64,000 nt of DNA from an uncultured Gemmatimonadaceae bacterium (GTDB lineage Bacteria > Gemmatimonadota > Gemmatimonadetes > Gemmatimonadales > Gemmatimonadaceae): contig CAWJMB010000003.1 of the NCBI GenBank assembly GCA_963843845.1, positions 64,001 to 128,000 on the forward strand, written 5' to 3'. Of the stretch, positions 1-11,100 are shown piece by piece. Each line of letters starts with the position of its first letter. Positions within the stretch are counted from its first letter, which is position 1. A program made the position numbers and the translations under genes. The notes beneath the pieces were generated by a model. The model did not search any database. It saw nothing but the letters and a program-made list of their open reading frames with translations, and had not been told where the DNA came from.

Positions 1-97
1 CCGCCGGCAGCGCCGAGAGCGCGACGGCCGACAGGGCGACGGCACGCAGTGCGAGAACGGTGCGGCGGGGATTCAGTGACAGGCGAAAGCGCGACAT
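1..97 (-). CDS. 5' end of a secreted protein (signal peptide), runs off left edge
   Basis: Manual translation from ATG at 97: MSRFRLSLNPRRTVLALRAVALSAVALSALPA, a basic n-region plus hydrophobic h-region; GAGG just upstream. Confidence 0.5.
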   Translation of the reverse strand, partial: MSRFRLSLNPRRTVLALRAVALSAVALSALPA

Positions 98-264
98 GCG
101 AAACCTCGGCGTGAGTTGAGCCAGCTTCAACGTGTGTAAGGTCGTGCCGACCGCGTAGGTCGGCAATAGAGCTCGGACGGCGGCAGGTGACGCGGTGATG
201 ACGCCGCCCCGCGTGCCACCGTCCCACGATCGTGTCACCGGCGATACTTCTGGTCGTTCCTGCC

Positions 265-2103
265 ATGCCCAAGCTCTGCTCCGTCTGCGGCGTCACCTAC
301 TCCGACGCGCTCGTCTTCTGCCCCGCCGACGGGACGACGCTGCGCGTCGCCGACGTGCGCGAGGACCTCGTCGGCAGCGTCATCGCCGACCGCTACCTCG
401 TCACCGACGTCCTCGGCGAAGGGGGGATGGGGACGGTGTACCTCGCGCGGCACGTGCGCCTGCCGCAGCAGTCGGCGATCAAGGTGCTGCGCAAGCACAT
501 GCTGCAGGATCCGTCGGCCGTCGCGCGCTTCAACCGGGAGGCGGCGAACGCGAGCCGCATCGACCACGACCGCGTGGCGCGCGTCTACGACTACGGCGAG
601 ATGAGCGACGGCATCGTCTACCTGGCGATGGAGTTCGTGCCGGGGAAGACGCTGAAGGCGCTGCTCGCCGAGGGCCCGATGGAGCCGGCGCGCGCCGCGG
701 AGCTCGTGCGTCAGATCGGCGAGGGGCTCGACGCGGCGCATCGCATGGAGATCGTGCACCGCGATCTGAAGCCGGAGAACGTGATGGTCATTCGCGACGC
801 CGACGACACCGAGCGGGTGAAGGTCGTCGACTTCGGCATCGCGAAGGCGTTCGGCGACGATGCGAGCGGCGGCACGGTGCTCACGCGTACGGGGTTCATC
901 GTCGGCACGCCCGAGTTCATGAGCCCCGAGCAACTGCTGGGCGGGTCGCTCGACGCGCGGAGCGACATCTATGCGCTCGCGCTCGTCGCGTATCACTGTC
1001 TGACGGGCGACCTGCCGTTCTCCACGAACACGCCGGACTTCGGCATGGCCGCGCGCCTCATGACGCCGCCGAAGCCGCTGACGGCGGTGCGGCCGTCGGT
1101 GCGGTGGCCGAGGGCGGTGCAGAGCGTGTTCGACCAGGCGCTCGCGCGCGACCCGGCCGAGCGGCAGACGAGCGCCGGAGCGTTCGCGCGGGCGCTCGCG
1201 GCGGCGATCGAGGAGTGGCAGAGCAGCGACGGAGACGCGGCGCTGGCGTCGAGCACGACCGCGTCGGCCGCGACGTCGAGCGCATCGGCACCGACGACCT
1301 CGTCGGCCTCGTCGACCGCGTCGACGCGGTCGGCGCCTCCAGCGGCGGTGCCTGCGCCGGTTCCCCAGCCCGTCGCGCCACCACTCGCGTCGCCGAGCGG
1401 CGCGGGGACGGCGACGCCGGCGAAGCAACGCTCGCTCGTCGTGCCCATCGCCGCTGGCATCGTGCTGCTCGTCGCAGCGGGCGGGGGCGCGATGATGTTC
1501 AGCGCCCGCGACGAGCCGCCAGGCGCGGACCTGCCGAACGCGCCGTCGGAGCGCGCGGTCGCGGGGACCGGCGCGGCGTCGGGCGCGGTGCCGAACGTGA
1601 CGCCGAATGCGCCGGTGCAGGGAGGTGGAAACGGCGGCGTGCCTAACGGGGCGGTGCCGAACGGACCTTCGCCGAGCGGAGGTGCGCTGACGAATGGTAG
1701 CGTGCCTAACGCGTCCGTATCGCCGCCCACCCCCCCGCGTACGGCCGGCGGCGTGACGACGGCACCTCCGTCGGCGGGGAGCGGCGCCGCGAACGGCGCC
1801 GCGAATGGCGCCGCGAACGGCGCCGCCGCGCGTCAGACGCTCGACAGCCTGTCCGAGGCCATCGCGAACGGCGACGACGCGGCGGCGCAGCGCGCCATTC
1901 CTGCCCTCACGAGGCTGATCCCGAGGCTGACGACGCGCATCGACAGCACGTGGGCGCAGATCCGGCTCGTCGAGGCGAACGCGGTGCTGTCGCAGAACAC
2001 GCAGGCGTGCGCCGCGCTGCGGCAGGCGCGGGCACTCGCGAGCACGGACGCGCAGCGGCAGGCGTTGGCGAGGTACGAAGGGATGCTGCCGTGCAGTGGG
2101 TGA
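265..2103 (+). CDS. Hanks-type Ser/Thr protein kinase with N-terminal zinc ribbon, TM helix and extracytoplasmic C-terminus
   Basis: CSVC..CPAD ribbon; GEGGMGTVY, AIKVL, HRDLKPEN, DFGIAK, GTPEFMSPE motifs; TM VVPIAAGIVLLVAAGGGAMMF; ATG at 265 chosen within ORF 232..2103. Confidence 0.95.
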   Translation: MPKLCSVCGVTYSDALVFCPADGTTLRVADVREDLVGSVIADRYLVTDVLGEGGMGTVYLARHVRLPQQSAIKVLRKHMLQDPSAVARFNREAANASRIDHDRVARVYDYGEMSDGIVYLAMEFVPGKTLKALLAEGPMEPARAAELVRQIGEGLDAAHRMEIVHRDLKPENVMVIRDADDTERVKVVDFGIAKAFGDDASGGTVLTRTGFIVGTPEFMSPEQLLGGSLDARSDIYALALVAYHCLTGDLPFSTNTPDFGMAARLMTPPKPLTAVRPSVRWPRAVQSVFDQALARDPAERQTSAGAFARALAAAIEEWQSSDGDAALASSTTASAATSSASAPTTSSASSTASTRSAPPAAVPAPVPQPVAPPLASPSGAGTATPAKQRSLVVPIAAGIVLLVAAGGGAMMFSARDEPPGADLPNAPSERAVAGTGAASGAVPNVTPNAPVQGGGNGGVPNGAVPNGPSPSGGALTNGSVPNASVSPPTPPRTAGGVTTAPPSAGSGAANGAANGAANGAAARQTLDSLSEAIANGDDAAAQRAIPALTRLIPRLTTRIDSTWAQIRLVEANAVLSQNTQACAALRQARALASTDAQRQALARYEGMLPCSG

Positions 2104-2220
2104 GGGCGCGCCGAGAGCGCGCCGCGCGAGCAGGAGACGCGGCGCGCCGTGCAGACCGGCGTCCTCGACGCAGTCAGCCGCGCTCGGCGCCGCCAGCCGC
2201 GCTCGGCGCCGCCATCGCGC

Positions 2221-3777
2221 TCACTCCAGGGTGTCGGGCTGCTCCCACCCCGCCGCGCGCTCGACGGCGCGTAGCCAGCGACTCGTGAGACGCGTCCGTG
2301 CGCGCTCGTCGAGGCGCGGCTCGTAGCGACGCGCGCACTGCCACCGCGACGCGAGCTCGTCGCGGTCGCGCCAGAAGCCGGTCGCGAGCCCCGCGAGATA
2401 CGCCGCGCCCAACGCCGTCGTCTCGGTGACGCGCGGCACCTCGACCGGCACGCCCAGCACGTCGGCCTGGAACTGCATGAGGAACCCGTTCACCGCCGCA
2501 CCGCCGTCGGCGCGGAGCGGGCGGTCCCCGTCGCGGCCGACGCCCTCGATTCCGATCCCCGCGTCGCGCGCCATCGCCGCCACCACGTCCGACGTCTGAT
2601 AGGCCATGCTCTCGAGCGCGGCGCGCGCGAGGTGGGCGCGCGTCGTGCCGCGCGTGAGGCCCAACAGCGTGCCGCGCGCGTACGGGTCCCAGTGCGGCGC
2701 GCCGAGCCCGGTGAGCGCGGGAACGAAGTACACCCCCTCGTTCGACGGCAGCGACTCGGCGAGCGCCTCCGTCTCCGCCGCCGTGGCGATGATGCCGAGC
2801 CCGTCGCGCAGCCACTGCACGGCGGCGCCGGCGACGAAGATCGAGCCCTCGAGCGCGTACTCGGCGGGCTCGCCGTCGAGCTGCCAGGCGAGCGTCGTCA
2901 GCAGCCCCGACCGACTCGGCACCGCACGCCGACCGGTGTGCATCATCAGGAACGCGCCGGTGCCGTACGTGTTCTTGACCATCCCCGCGCGGAAGCACGC
3001 CTGCCCGAACAGCGCCGCGTGCTGGTCGCCGGCGACGCCTGCGATCGGAACGTGCGGCGCCGAGGAACGCGTCGGGGGCGGTGTGCGCGTGAACGGCGGC
3101 GGAGGGGCGCACGGTCGGGAGCACGCGCTCGGGGACGCCGAACGCGTCGAGGAGCGTCGCGTCCCAGCGCAGCTCGTCGATGTTGAAGAGCAGCGTGCGC
3201 GACGCGTTCGTGACGTCGGTCGTGTGCGCGGCACCGGCGGCCGCGGTGCCGCCGCTCAGCTGCCAGACGAGCCACGCGTCGATCGTTCCGAACGCGAGCT
3301 CGCCGCGCTCGGCGCGCGCGCGCGAGACCGGGGACTTCGTCGAGCAGCCAGCGCAGCTTCGTGGCCGAGAAGTACGGGTCGAGCACGAGCCCGGTGCGGC
3401 GCCGGACCTCCGCCTCGAGGCCGTCGGCTTTCAGACGTTCGCACGTCGGCGCGGTCCGACGGTCCTGCCAGACGATCGCGCGGTGCACGGGCTCGCCGGT
3501 CGCGCGGTCCCAGAGCACCGTCGTCTCGCGCTGGTTCGTGATGCCGACGGCGCGTACGTCGCCCGGCCGCACGCCGGCGTCGGCGAGCGCGGCGCCGACC
3601 AGACGCCGCACGCCGCGCCAGATCTCGGTCGGCGTCGTGCTCCACCCAGCCGGGCCGCGGGTAGTGCTGCGTGATCTCACCGTACGCGCGCCCGCGGATC
3701 GTCGCCGCGTGGTCGAACACGAGGACCGTCGTGCCGGTCGTCCCCTGATCGATCGCCAGTACCACGCCGTCACTCAT
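2221..3777 (-). CDS. glpK: Glycerol kinase, split by several frameshifts
   Basis: [62 protein letters not shown] spread across ORFs 3256..3777, 2946..3773 and 2221..3234. Confidence 0.9.
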
Positions 3778-3829
3778 CGGTCCTCGCTCCGTCAGGTCGC
3801 GTCGCGTCGGGGGGCGGTGCGTGAGGCAG

Positions 3830-4418
3830 TCAGCGGAATGTCGCGCCGCCGGTGCGGTCGTCGCGCACGAAGCGGTCGCGCGCGGGCATGCGCACCTGCG
3901 GCAGGGTGCGCGCGTCGATCACCGCGTCTCTGGCGATCACCTCGTTCTCGGCGAGCAGGAACGCCGTGAGGTCGTAGACCTCGCCCGGCGTGAGCGACCC
4001 GGCCGCGCCGAGCGGCATCGCGCGATGGATGTAGTCGTAGACCGTCGTCGCGTACGGCCAGTAGTTGCCGACCGTCTTCGGGATGCTTAAGTCCTTGCCG
4101 AACGGAAAGCTGTCGCGCGGCTCGCGGCCGATGACGCGGGGGATCGCGGCGGAGCCGGTGCCGGTCCCCTCGCCCCGCGCGCCGTGGCAGGCGGCGCACT
4201 TCTGCGCGTAGATCGGGGCACTCGCCGGCGTGCGTGCCGCTGCCCGGCGGCAGGCCGACACCCGCGGGGTTGGCGTCGATGTCGACCGCCGCGAGCCTCG
4301 GCGGCCGTGGCGACGCGCCCGACGTTCCAGCGCTCAGGGCGCTCGGCTGGCGCGCGCGCCGGACGCGTCCGCAGGCGGCGAGCGCCGATGTCGCGGCGAG
4401 CACCGCCAGGCAGCGCAC
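3830..4418 (-). CDS. c-type cytochrome, SoxD/SorB-like (frameshifted near the 5' end)
   Basis: CAACHG heme motif; [30 protein letters not shown]; lipoprotein-like ALAACG in the 5' frame. Confidence 0.8.
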
Positions 4419-4484
4419 GTCAGGCGTCCGCGCAGCGCAGGCGAGCCGTGCGCGACAGGGTCCGGCCGACAGGCTTCTGGCGGG

Positions 4485-5853
4485 TCACGGACTCAGCACT
4501 CCGAAGAACACGCGACCGTCTGCGCTCGACGAGCCACGTGCGGATGAAGTTGAAGTGGTAGTCGGTGCCCGGACCGCGCGTCTTCGCGGAACGTCGCGAG
4601 CGTCGGCTGCACGTGCCGGTCTCGTCGATCGGCGCGGCTCATCAGCGTCGCCGGCTGCCCGTCCCACCGCCACAGGTAGCGGAAGCGCGTCGTGCGCCTT
4701 CGGGCTCACCGTGCCGAGCAGCTCGGCTTCGTTCCAGCGACCGGCCGCCGTCGGTGCTCACGTCGACACGCGTGATGCGCCCGCGGCCGCTCCACGCGAG
4801 GCCGCTGACTGGCCACCAGCCGGGCGTCAGTGAGGCGCGCCGGGATGCGTCGGCGACGTGATGATCGACTTCGCGTCCATCACGAAGCTGAACTGGCGCG
4901 CGGTGCCGTTCGGCAGCGGATCGGTGTACTTCGACGTCTCGTCGCGCGACATGTTCGGCTGCTCGATCGACCTCGAGGCGGCGCAGCCACTTGATGCACA
5001 TGTTGCCCTCGTAGCCGGGGAGCAGCAGCCGCGCGGGGTAGCCGTTCGCGGCGCGCAGCGGCTCGCCGTTCTGCGCGTAGGCGACGATCAGCGTCGTCCG
5101 TCGGCAGCTTCTCCATCGGGATGCTGCGCGACAGCACCGCCGCGTCGCCTCCCTCGGCGAGCACCCACGTCGCGCCGCGCTCGCACGCCCGGCCTCGCGC
5201 AGCAGCGCGTGCCACCGCGACGCCCGTCCACTCGCGAGTTGCTCGTCATGCCGTCGATGACCTGCGGCGTCATCTCGCGCTTCGGCGTGCGGTACGCGGC
5301 GCGTCCGTTGCCCGAGCACTCGACGAAGTACGGCGCGCGTCACCGGCGGGAGGCGGCTTCAGATCGTCGAGCGTGAAGACGAGCGCGCGGTCGGTCGATG
5401 CCGTGCACGAGGAGCTGCCAGCGCGCGGGTCGATGAGCGCGATGCCGCCGTGGTGCCGCTGGAAGTGCAGGTCGGACGGCGTGATCGTGCCCGTCAGCTC
5501 CTGCAGCGGCGTGTACGACGGGCCCGGTCGACGACGCCGATCGGCGTGCGCGCGGGGGTGACGAACGGCGAGCGCGCCGACTGCGCCGTCGTCGGGGTGC
5601 CCAACACCGTCGACGCGTCGGGCGGGACGTCGGCGGCCGTCATGACGGCCGGCGCGGGCGGGGCCGCGGTCGACGCGGCGTTCGGCGCGCCGGCGGGCGG
5701 AGCGGTCGGCGGCGTGGGCGGCGGCTGCGGCGTCGGCGACGCGCCGAGGGGGAGCGTCTCGAGGACGGCGCCGCCGACGGCTGCGGCGGTGCCGGCGAGC
5801 AGCGCGCGGCGCGACAGGCGCGGCGTGGAGTCCGGGTCGGAGGGCGTCGTCAT
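4485..5853 (-). CDS. soxC: Molybdopterin sulfite/sulfane dehydrogenase, SoxC-like, Tat-exported (multiple frameshifts)
   Basis: Tat motif LSRRALLAG; TPLQELTGTITPSDLHFQRHHGG; AYAQNGEPLR..NGYPARLLLPGYEGNMCIKWL; SGLAWSGRGRITRVDVSTDGG. Confidence 0.8.
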
Positions 5854-6044
5854 GGCTCCCGTATTCTACAGCAGCGCGACCGCGCCGAGGGCTCGCGTTG
5901 CCGACCGAGAGTCGGCGAGATTCTCCGTGCCGCGGGCGGAGCGCGCCGCCGGGCGGCACGCCAGTCGCGGAGCCGAACGCGCCCGGCCGCGGTCCTCAGA
6001 CCGGAGTGGCTCGCGCCGGGCCCCTGCCTAACGAACGGATCGCA

Positions 6045-7232
6045 ATGTCCGACGTGCTCGTGAAAGAAGATCTCGACGGCGCGCCGCTCGCGCCGCCGGA
6101 GCGTCCGGGAACGACCCTCGGAGCGCTCGTTCCCGGCGTCGCGCTCTCCGGCGCGCTCGGCGCCGTCGCGACGGCGATCGCGACATGGGTCGGCGTCGAC
6201 CTCCTCGGCTACGCGAAGTCGCCGATCAGCGCGATCCCGCTCACCGTGCTGCTCGGACTGGTCGTGCGCGACACGGTCGGCGTCCCGGCCGTCTGCGACG
6301 CAGGACTCCGGTTCTGTGTGAAGCGCGTGCTGCGCGTCGGCGTCGTGCTGCTCGGCGTGCGGCTCAGCCTCGTCGACGCCGGCGCCACCGGGCTCGTCGC
6401 GCTGCCGCTCGTGCTCGCATGCATCGCCGTCGCGATCGTCGTCGTCCGGGCGCTGGCGCGCGCGCTCGCGCTGCCGGCGCGGCTCGGCACGCTGATCGCC
6501 GTGGGTACGAGCATCTGCGGCGTGACGGCGATCGTCGCCACGGCGCCGGTGATCGACGCGAGCGAGGACGAGGTGAGCTACGCCGTCGCGGTCATCGCGC
6601 TGTTCGGCACGCTCGCCCTGTTCGCGTATCCGTTCCTCGCGCACGCCCTCTTCGTCGACCCACGCCACGCCGGGTTCTTCCTCGGCACCGCCATTCACGA
6701 CACGTCGCAGGTCGCCGGCGCCGGGCTCACGTACCAGCAGCAATTCGGCGCGCCGCAGGCGCTCGACGTCGCGGTGGTCACGAAGCTCGTGCGCAACACG
6801 TGCATGGTCGCCGTGATTCCCCTCGCCCGCGCGATGCACGGACCTGCGCGGGGCGCTGCGGCACACGTCGGCGTATCGAGCCGCGAGGCGCCCGACGGTG
6901 CGGCGCTGGGGGCGAGTCGGGTGTCCGACTACGTGCCGCCCTTCATTCTCGCGTTCATCGGCATGGCGGCGCTCCGCACGGTCGGCGACCTCGGCGCGCG
7001 GCCGTTCGGCGTGCTCGACCCTGCCGTCTGGGGCGCGTTCGTCGCCGGCGCGCAGCGCGTGGCCGAGGTCGCGCTGCTCCTCGCGATGGGCGCCGTCGGC
7101 CTCAGCACGAGCCTGCGGCGCCTGCGCGTGCTCGGCGTGCGTCCGCTCGTGGCGGGGACGGCGGCGGCGTGCTGCGTCGGCATCGTGAGCGTTGTCCTGA
7201 TTCGCGCGCTCGACGCGTTGTCGCTGATCTGA
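6045..7232 (+). CDS. YeiH/UPF0324 family putative sulfate exporter
   Basis: Polytopic membrane protein; GTSICGVTAI, GTAIHDTSQV, VVTKLVRN motifs; divergent from soxC. Confidence 0.85.
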   Translation: MSDVLVKEDLDGAPLAPPERPGTTLGALVPGVALSGALGAVATAIATWVGVDLLGYAKSPISAIPLTVLLGLVVRDTVGVPAVCDAGLRFCVKRVLRVGVVLLGVRLSLVDAGATGLVALPLVLACIAVAIVVVRALARALALPARLGTLIAVGTSICGVTAIVATAPVIDASEDEVSYAVAVIALFGTLALFAYPFLAHALFVDPRHAGFFLGTAIHDTSQVAGAGLTYQQQFGAPQALDVAVVTKLVRNTCMVAVIPLARAMHGPARGAAAHVGVSSREAPDGAALGASRVSDYVPPFILAFIGMAALRTVGDLGARPFGVLDPAVWGAFVAGAQRVAEVALLLAMGAVGLSTSLRRLRVLGVRPLVAGTAAACCVGIVSVVLIRALDALSLI

Positions 7233-7261
7233 CCCCGAGTCGGGCGCGATGGAACGTCACC

Positions 7262-7283
7262 CCCAGCCGCCGCGGCGGCTGGG
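7262..7283. terminator. Perfect 22-bp GC palindrome between convergent genes (possible bidirectional terminator)
   Basis: CCCAGCCGCCGCGGCGGCTGGG between the YeiH stop (7232) and the clpP stop (7293); no U-tract. Confidence 0.45.
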
Positions 7284-7292
7284 CGGCGACCG

Positions 7293-7925
7293 TCAGGCCG
7301 TCACCGTCGGCTGCGCGCTCTCGTCGACGACCGCCCCGGGCATCGTGATCACCTCGTCGATGATCCCGTACCGCTTGGCCTCGTCCGCCGACATGTAGTA
7401 GTCGCGGTCGAAGTCGCGCTCGATGCGCTCGACCGGCTGCCCGGTGTGCTCGGACATGAGCCGGTTGATGAGCGTGCGCGTGCGGATCACTTCGCGCGCC
7501 GCGACTTCGATGTCGGACGCCGTGCCCTGCGCCCCGCCGGACGGCTGGTGCATCATGATCCGCGAGTGGGGCAGCGCGAAGCGCTTCCCTTTCGCCCCGC
7601 CCGCTGCGAGGAGGAAGCAACTGATGCTCGCCGCCATCCCCATGCAGATCGTGCTCACCGGCGAGCGCAGGAAACGCATCGTGTCGTACATCGCGAGCCC
7701 GGCGGAGACGACGCCGCCCGGCGAGTTGATGTAGATGCTGATGTCCTTCCCCGGATTGTCGCTGTCGAGGAAGAGCAGCTGCGCGATGATGACGTTGGCG
7801 ACGTCGTCGTCGACCGGCGTGCCGAGGAAGATGATGCGGTCCATCAGCAGGCGCGAGAAGATGTCGTACGTCCGCTCGCCGCGGCTCGACCGCTCGATGA
7901 TGTACGGCATGTAGAGATTGGACAC
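7293..7925 (-). CDS. clpP: ATP-dependent Clp protease proteolytic subunit
   Basis: [22 protein letters not shown]; catalytic S (MAAS), H (MHQP) and D (DRDYYM). Confidence 0.95.
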   Translation of the reverse strand: MSNLYMPYIIERSSRGERTYDIFSRLLMDRIIFLGTPVDDDVANVIIAQLLFLDSDNPGKDISIYINSPGGVVSAGLAMYDTMRFLRSPVSTICMGMAASISCFLLAAGGAKGKRFALPHSRIMMHQPSGGAQGTASDIEVAAREVIRTRTLINRLMSEHTGQPVERIERDFDRDYYMSADEAKRYGIIDEVITMPGAVVDESAQPTVTA

Positions 7926-7946
7926 GCTCGGCTCCGGTCGGAAGGA

Positions 7947-7998
7947 TGTTCGGCAGGCGTCAGGCGGGCGTCAGGCCCACGTCAGGCCCACCTCAGGC
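7947..7998. repeat. 11-bp-periodic array of CGTCAGGC-type motifs
   Basis: CGTCAGGC at 7958, 7969, 7980; CCTCAGGC at 7991; degenerate TGTTCGGC at 7947. Confidence 0.85.
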
Positions 7999-8101
7999 GC
8001 GCGGCCGGGTGGAGGCGGCGCGCCGCGTTCCGGGCTCGTGGTCGGCGTCGCCCCACGGTGCGGGCGTCTCGCACGGGCGACCCGCGCTCGCACGGTCGCG
8101 C

Positions 8102-11100
8102 TCACCGCGTCACCTGGGGCGTGCACGTCATCCCGCCGAGCCACCCGCGCGAGAGCACGGGCGCCCCGTTCTCGTACTCGAAATCGAACGCGATCTTCCC
8201 GGCGTCCGCGTTGTTCCACTCGGCGTGCGTCCCGTCCGACTTCGTCGCCTGCGCGACGAGGCGGAACAGCGCCCACTCGCCGTTCGCGGTCGCGATGGTG
8301 CGACGTGCGTCGCGGCTGAGCGCGCGCTTCCGCTCGAAGCCGAGCGACGCCTGCCGTCCGGTCGTCGACGGCCAGACGAACTCCTGCGGCGGCGAGTTCT
8401 TCGCGAAGCGCGCCTCCTGCGTCCCCTGCCGGAGAATGATCTCGGGCGCCTTGTCGGTCGGCACCGTGCGCGCGCGGACGACCACGCGCGGCGTCTCGGC
8501 GCCGGCGGGGAACAGGCCACTGGAGGCGGCGGCGGCGCGGTTGAAGAAGTCGACGAACTGCTGCGACAGCGCGACCGGCGACGTCGCGACGGGAACCCAC
8601 TTGTTCCCCTGCTTCTCGAGCACGCCGTTCAGGCGCTCCTGCTGAAACGCCCACAACGCACCCGTGTTGGGGGCGAGCGCGGCCTTGACCTCTTCGATCG
8701 TCGCGTCGGCGGAGGCGTCGGGGTTGAACGGGAACTTCGCGAGCATCGGCGCCAGCTGTTCGCACAGCGTCCGTCCGCGCTCGCCCAACACTTTCGCGAG
8801 GGCCGCGGCGTTCGGCGCGCCGCCGCCGACCGGCGCCCCCGCTGCGCCGCCCCCGCCCCCCCCTCCCGCGACCACGCGGCGCGTCGGCGGACGGGTCGCC
8901 GCGACGCCACGCAGCGAGCCCTCGGCCGCATCGATCGGCGCGACGAGCAGCGTGGCGACCGTCGGTCCGATCTGCGCGGCCGCGGAGTCGGCGTTGAACT
9001 TCGCGGCGAGCTGACGCGCTGCGGTCTTCGCGTCGGCCGATTTGCCCAACGCCTGCTGGCCGGCCTGCGCGACTTGCATCGCGCTCGCCGTGTCGGTCGC
9101 GGGCGGCATGTTCGCCACCTGCTCGATCGTGCCTTGCAGCGCGAGCAGGGCGTTCACGTACGGCTGGTTCCCTTCGTCGACGAACTTGTCGAGCACGGCC
9201 GGGTTCGTGACGACGTGCACGGGTTGGAACGCCGCCGTGATGCCCGAGTCGACCGCCGTGTTGCGCGCCGCGAGCGAGAGCGCCGCGAGCAACGGCGACT
9301 GCGCCCCGCCCAACGTGCCGAGTCGCTGCGCCGCGTCTTTCATCGAGCCGCCGCGCGCGACACTCACGCCGTTCAGGTACGAGCGCCACTGCTGGACGTA
9401 GTCGTTGCGGTAGCGCGTCCGGATCTCGGCGACGACCCGATCCTTGTCCTGCGCCTGCGCGGCGGTCGCGTCGCCGACGACCCATCGCTCGCCCTGGAAG
9501 TACTTGTCGGCGTTGCGGAAGGCGTCCTGCATGAACTTCCACCCCGCGGCCGTGAACGCGCCGGCAACGTCCGGCGCGTTCACGACGCCCGCAGCCTGCG
9601 GCGCGAGGTCGGCGAGGCGCGCCGGCTTCGCGGTCGCGCTCCCTTCGGTGAGCATGTTCTGATAGATCCGCTCCGCCCCCGCGAACCCGCCGAGGAACGT
9701 GCGGACGCGATTGACGAGCGCGGCGTCGGCCGCCTGCGGCCACGGGTTGCCGCGCGGCAGCTCGCTCGCGTAGAACGCGAACTGACGTCGAGCCACGGCC
9801 AGCAGATCGGCGTCGACGGCCTGCCCGCGCCGCCACGCGTCGAGCAGCACCGGCGCGAGGAAGTCGGGGGTCGCGCGCGCCGGCTCGGCGGTCGTCTCGA
9901 GGTACCCTTTCAGCGCGGCGTAGTCGCGGCCGTAGTCGTCGGTCGGGCGCGGCACGTCGGGGAGCGCGCGCAGCGAGTCGACGAGTGCGGTCCACGCGAC
10001 GTCGTGTAACTGCTTGCGGTAGCCGTCGAGCCAGATCTGGCGCCCCTCGGCGAACAGCGCGCCGCCGCGCCACAGGCCCCACCGCAGGCGCAACGGCACG
10101 CCGCCCGTCTCGTAGCTGCGCAGCGTGTCGAGCACCCCGCGCAGCGCGTCGAGGGTGCCTAACGCCGCGGACGACGGCAGCGCGATCGTGCCCGGCGCGG
10201 CCGTGACGGTGGGGAGCGCGGCGACGGCGCGCGCCGCGGACGCCGTGCGCGCCGCGAGCGACCGGTTGCCGATCCACGACGTCGTCACGCCGACGGCGAC
10301 GGCGAGCGCCGCAGCGATGCCGGTGCCCAAGAGCGCGCGCCGCAGCGTGGCGACGCGCGTGCCGCCGCCGGCGAGCGCCGCCGCGGCCGGATCGGCGAAC
10401 ACGACGTCGGGGAACAGCCGCTCGAGGAACGCCCACTGCGGCACTCTGCGCCCGCCGCTCGCCGCGGGAGCCGCTGCCGCCACGTTCGGCCGCGCGAACG
10501 CGACCGTCGCCCGCGCCCCGCCCGCCGCGGGCGTGGACGGTGTGGACGCGGGCGCATCGCCGACGACGATCGGCCGCGCGCCGACGAAGTAGAAGCCGCG
10601 CAGTTGCGGGCTCGCGCCGAGCTGCGTGGGACGGCAGATCTCGACGAGGAAGCGCGACGCGAGCGGCGCGAGCTTGCCGAGCTCACGCGGCAGCTCGTAC
10701 GCGGTGAGGCGTCGCTCGGGCACGGCCTCGCGGCCCAGCAGGTCGACGCGGCGCTTCGCCAGCGACGCCGCGATCGACGTGAATGCGGCGTCGATCCGCG
10801 GTACGAGGCGCTCGGCGTAGCTGCCGGCGGCTCTCGCGTCGGTGCCGACGAGCGGGAGCGCGGCGCCCAACGGCGGCCGGATCTCGTCGCGCGTGAGCGG
10901 GCCCGCCCATGCCTCGAACGACGGAATGCGGTCGGCCTTCGTGAACACGACGTAGACCGGCACCGCCATCCCGAGCTCGCGTCCCGCCGCGGCGAGCCGC
11001 TGCCGCGTGACTCCGGCGAGTCCGTCGAGCTGCGCGCTCGCCTCGGCGGTCAGCAACTCGCAGCTCACGCAGACGACGATGCTCCGCTGCGGCGCCTCCG

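Noticed and set aside
1782..1827. Short coding tandem repeats (GAAN x3; also SAFGA x3, DVP(A/P)A, PAAT, 10-mer at 39371)
   Set aside because: Ordinary slippage expansions in linkers or intergenic DNA; no shared motif or sign of function
2221..5853. Calling glpK, soxCD (and clpV, S9 peptidase, ABC genes) pseudogenes
   Set aside because: Indel-type damage with preserved catalytic motifs fits sequencing error better; cannot be settled without reads
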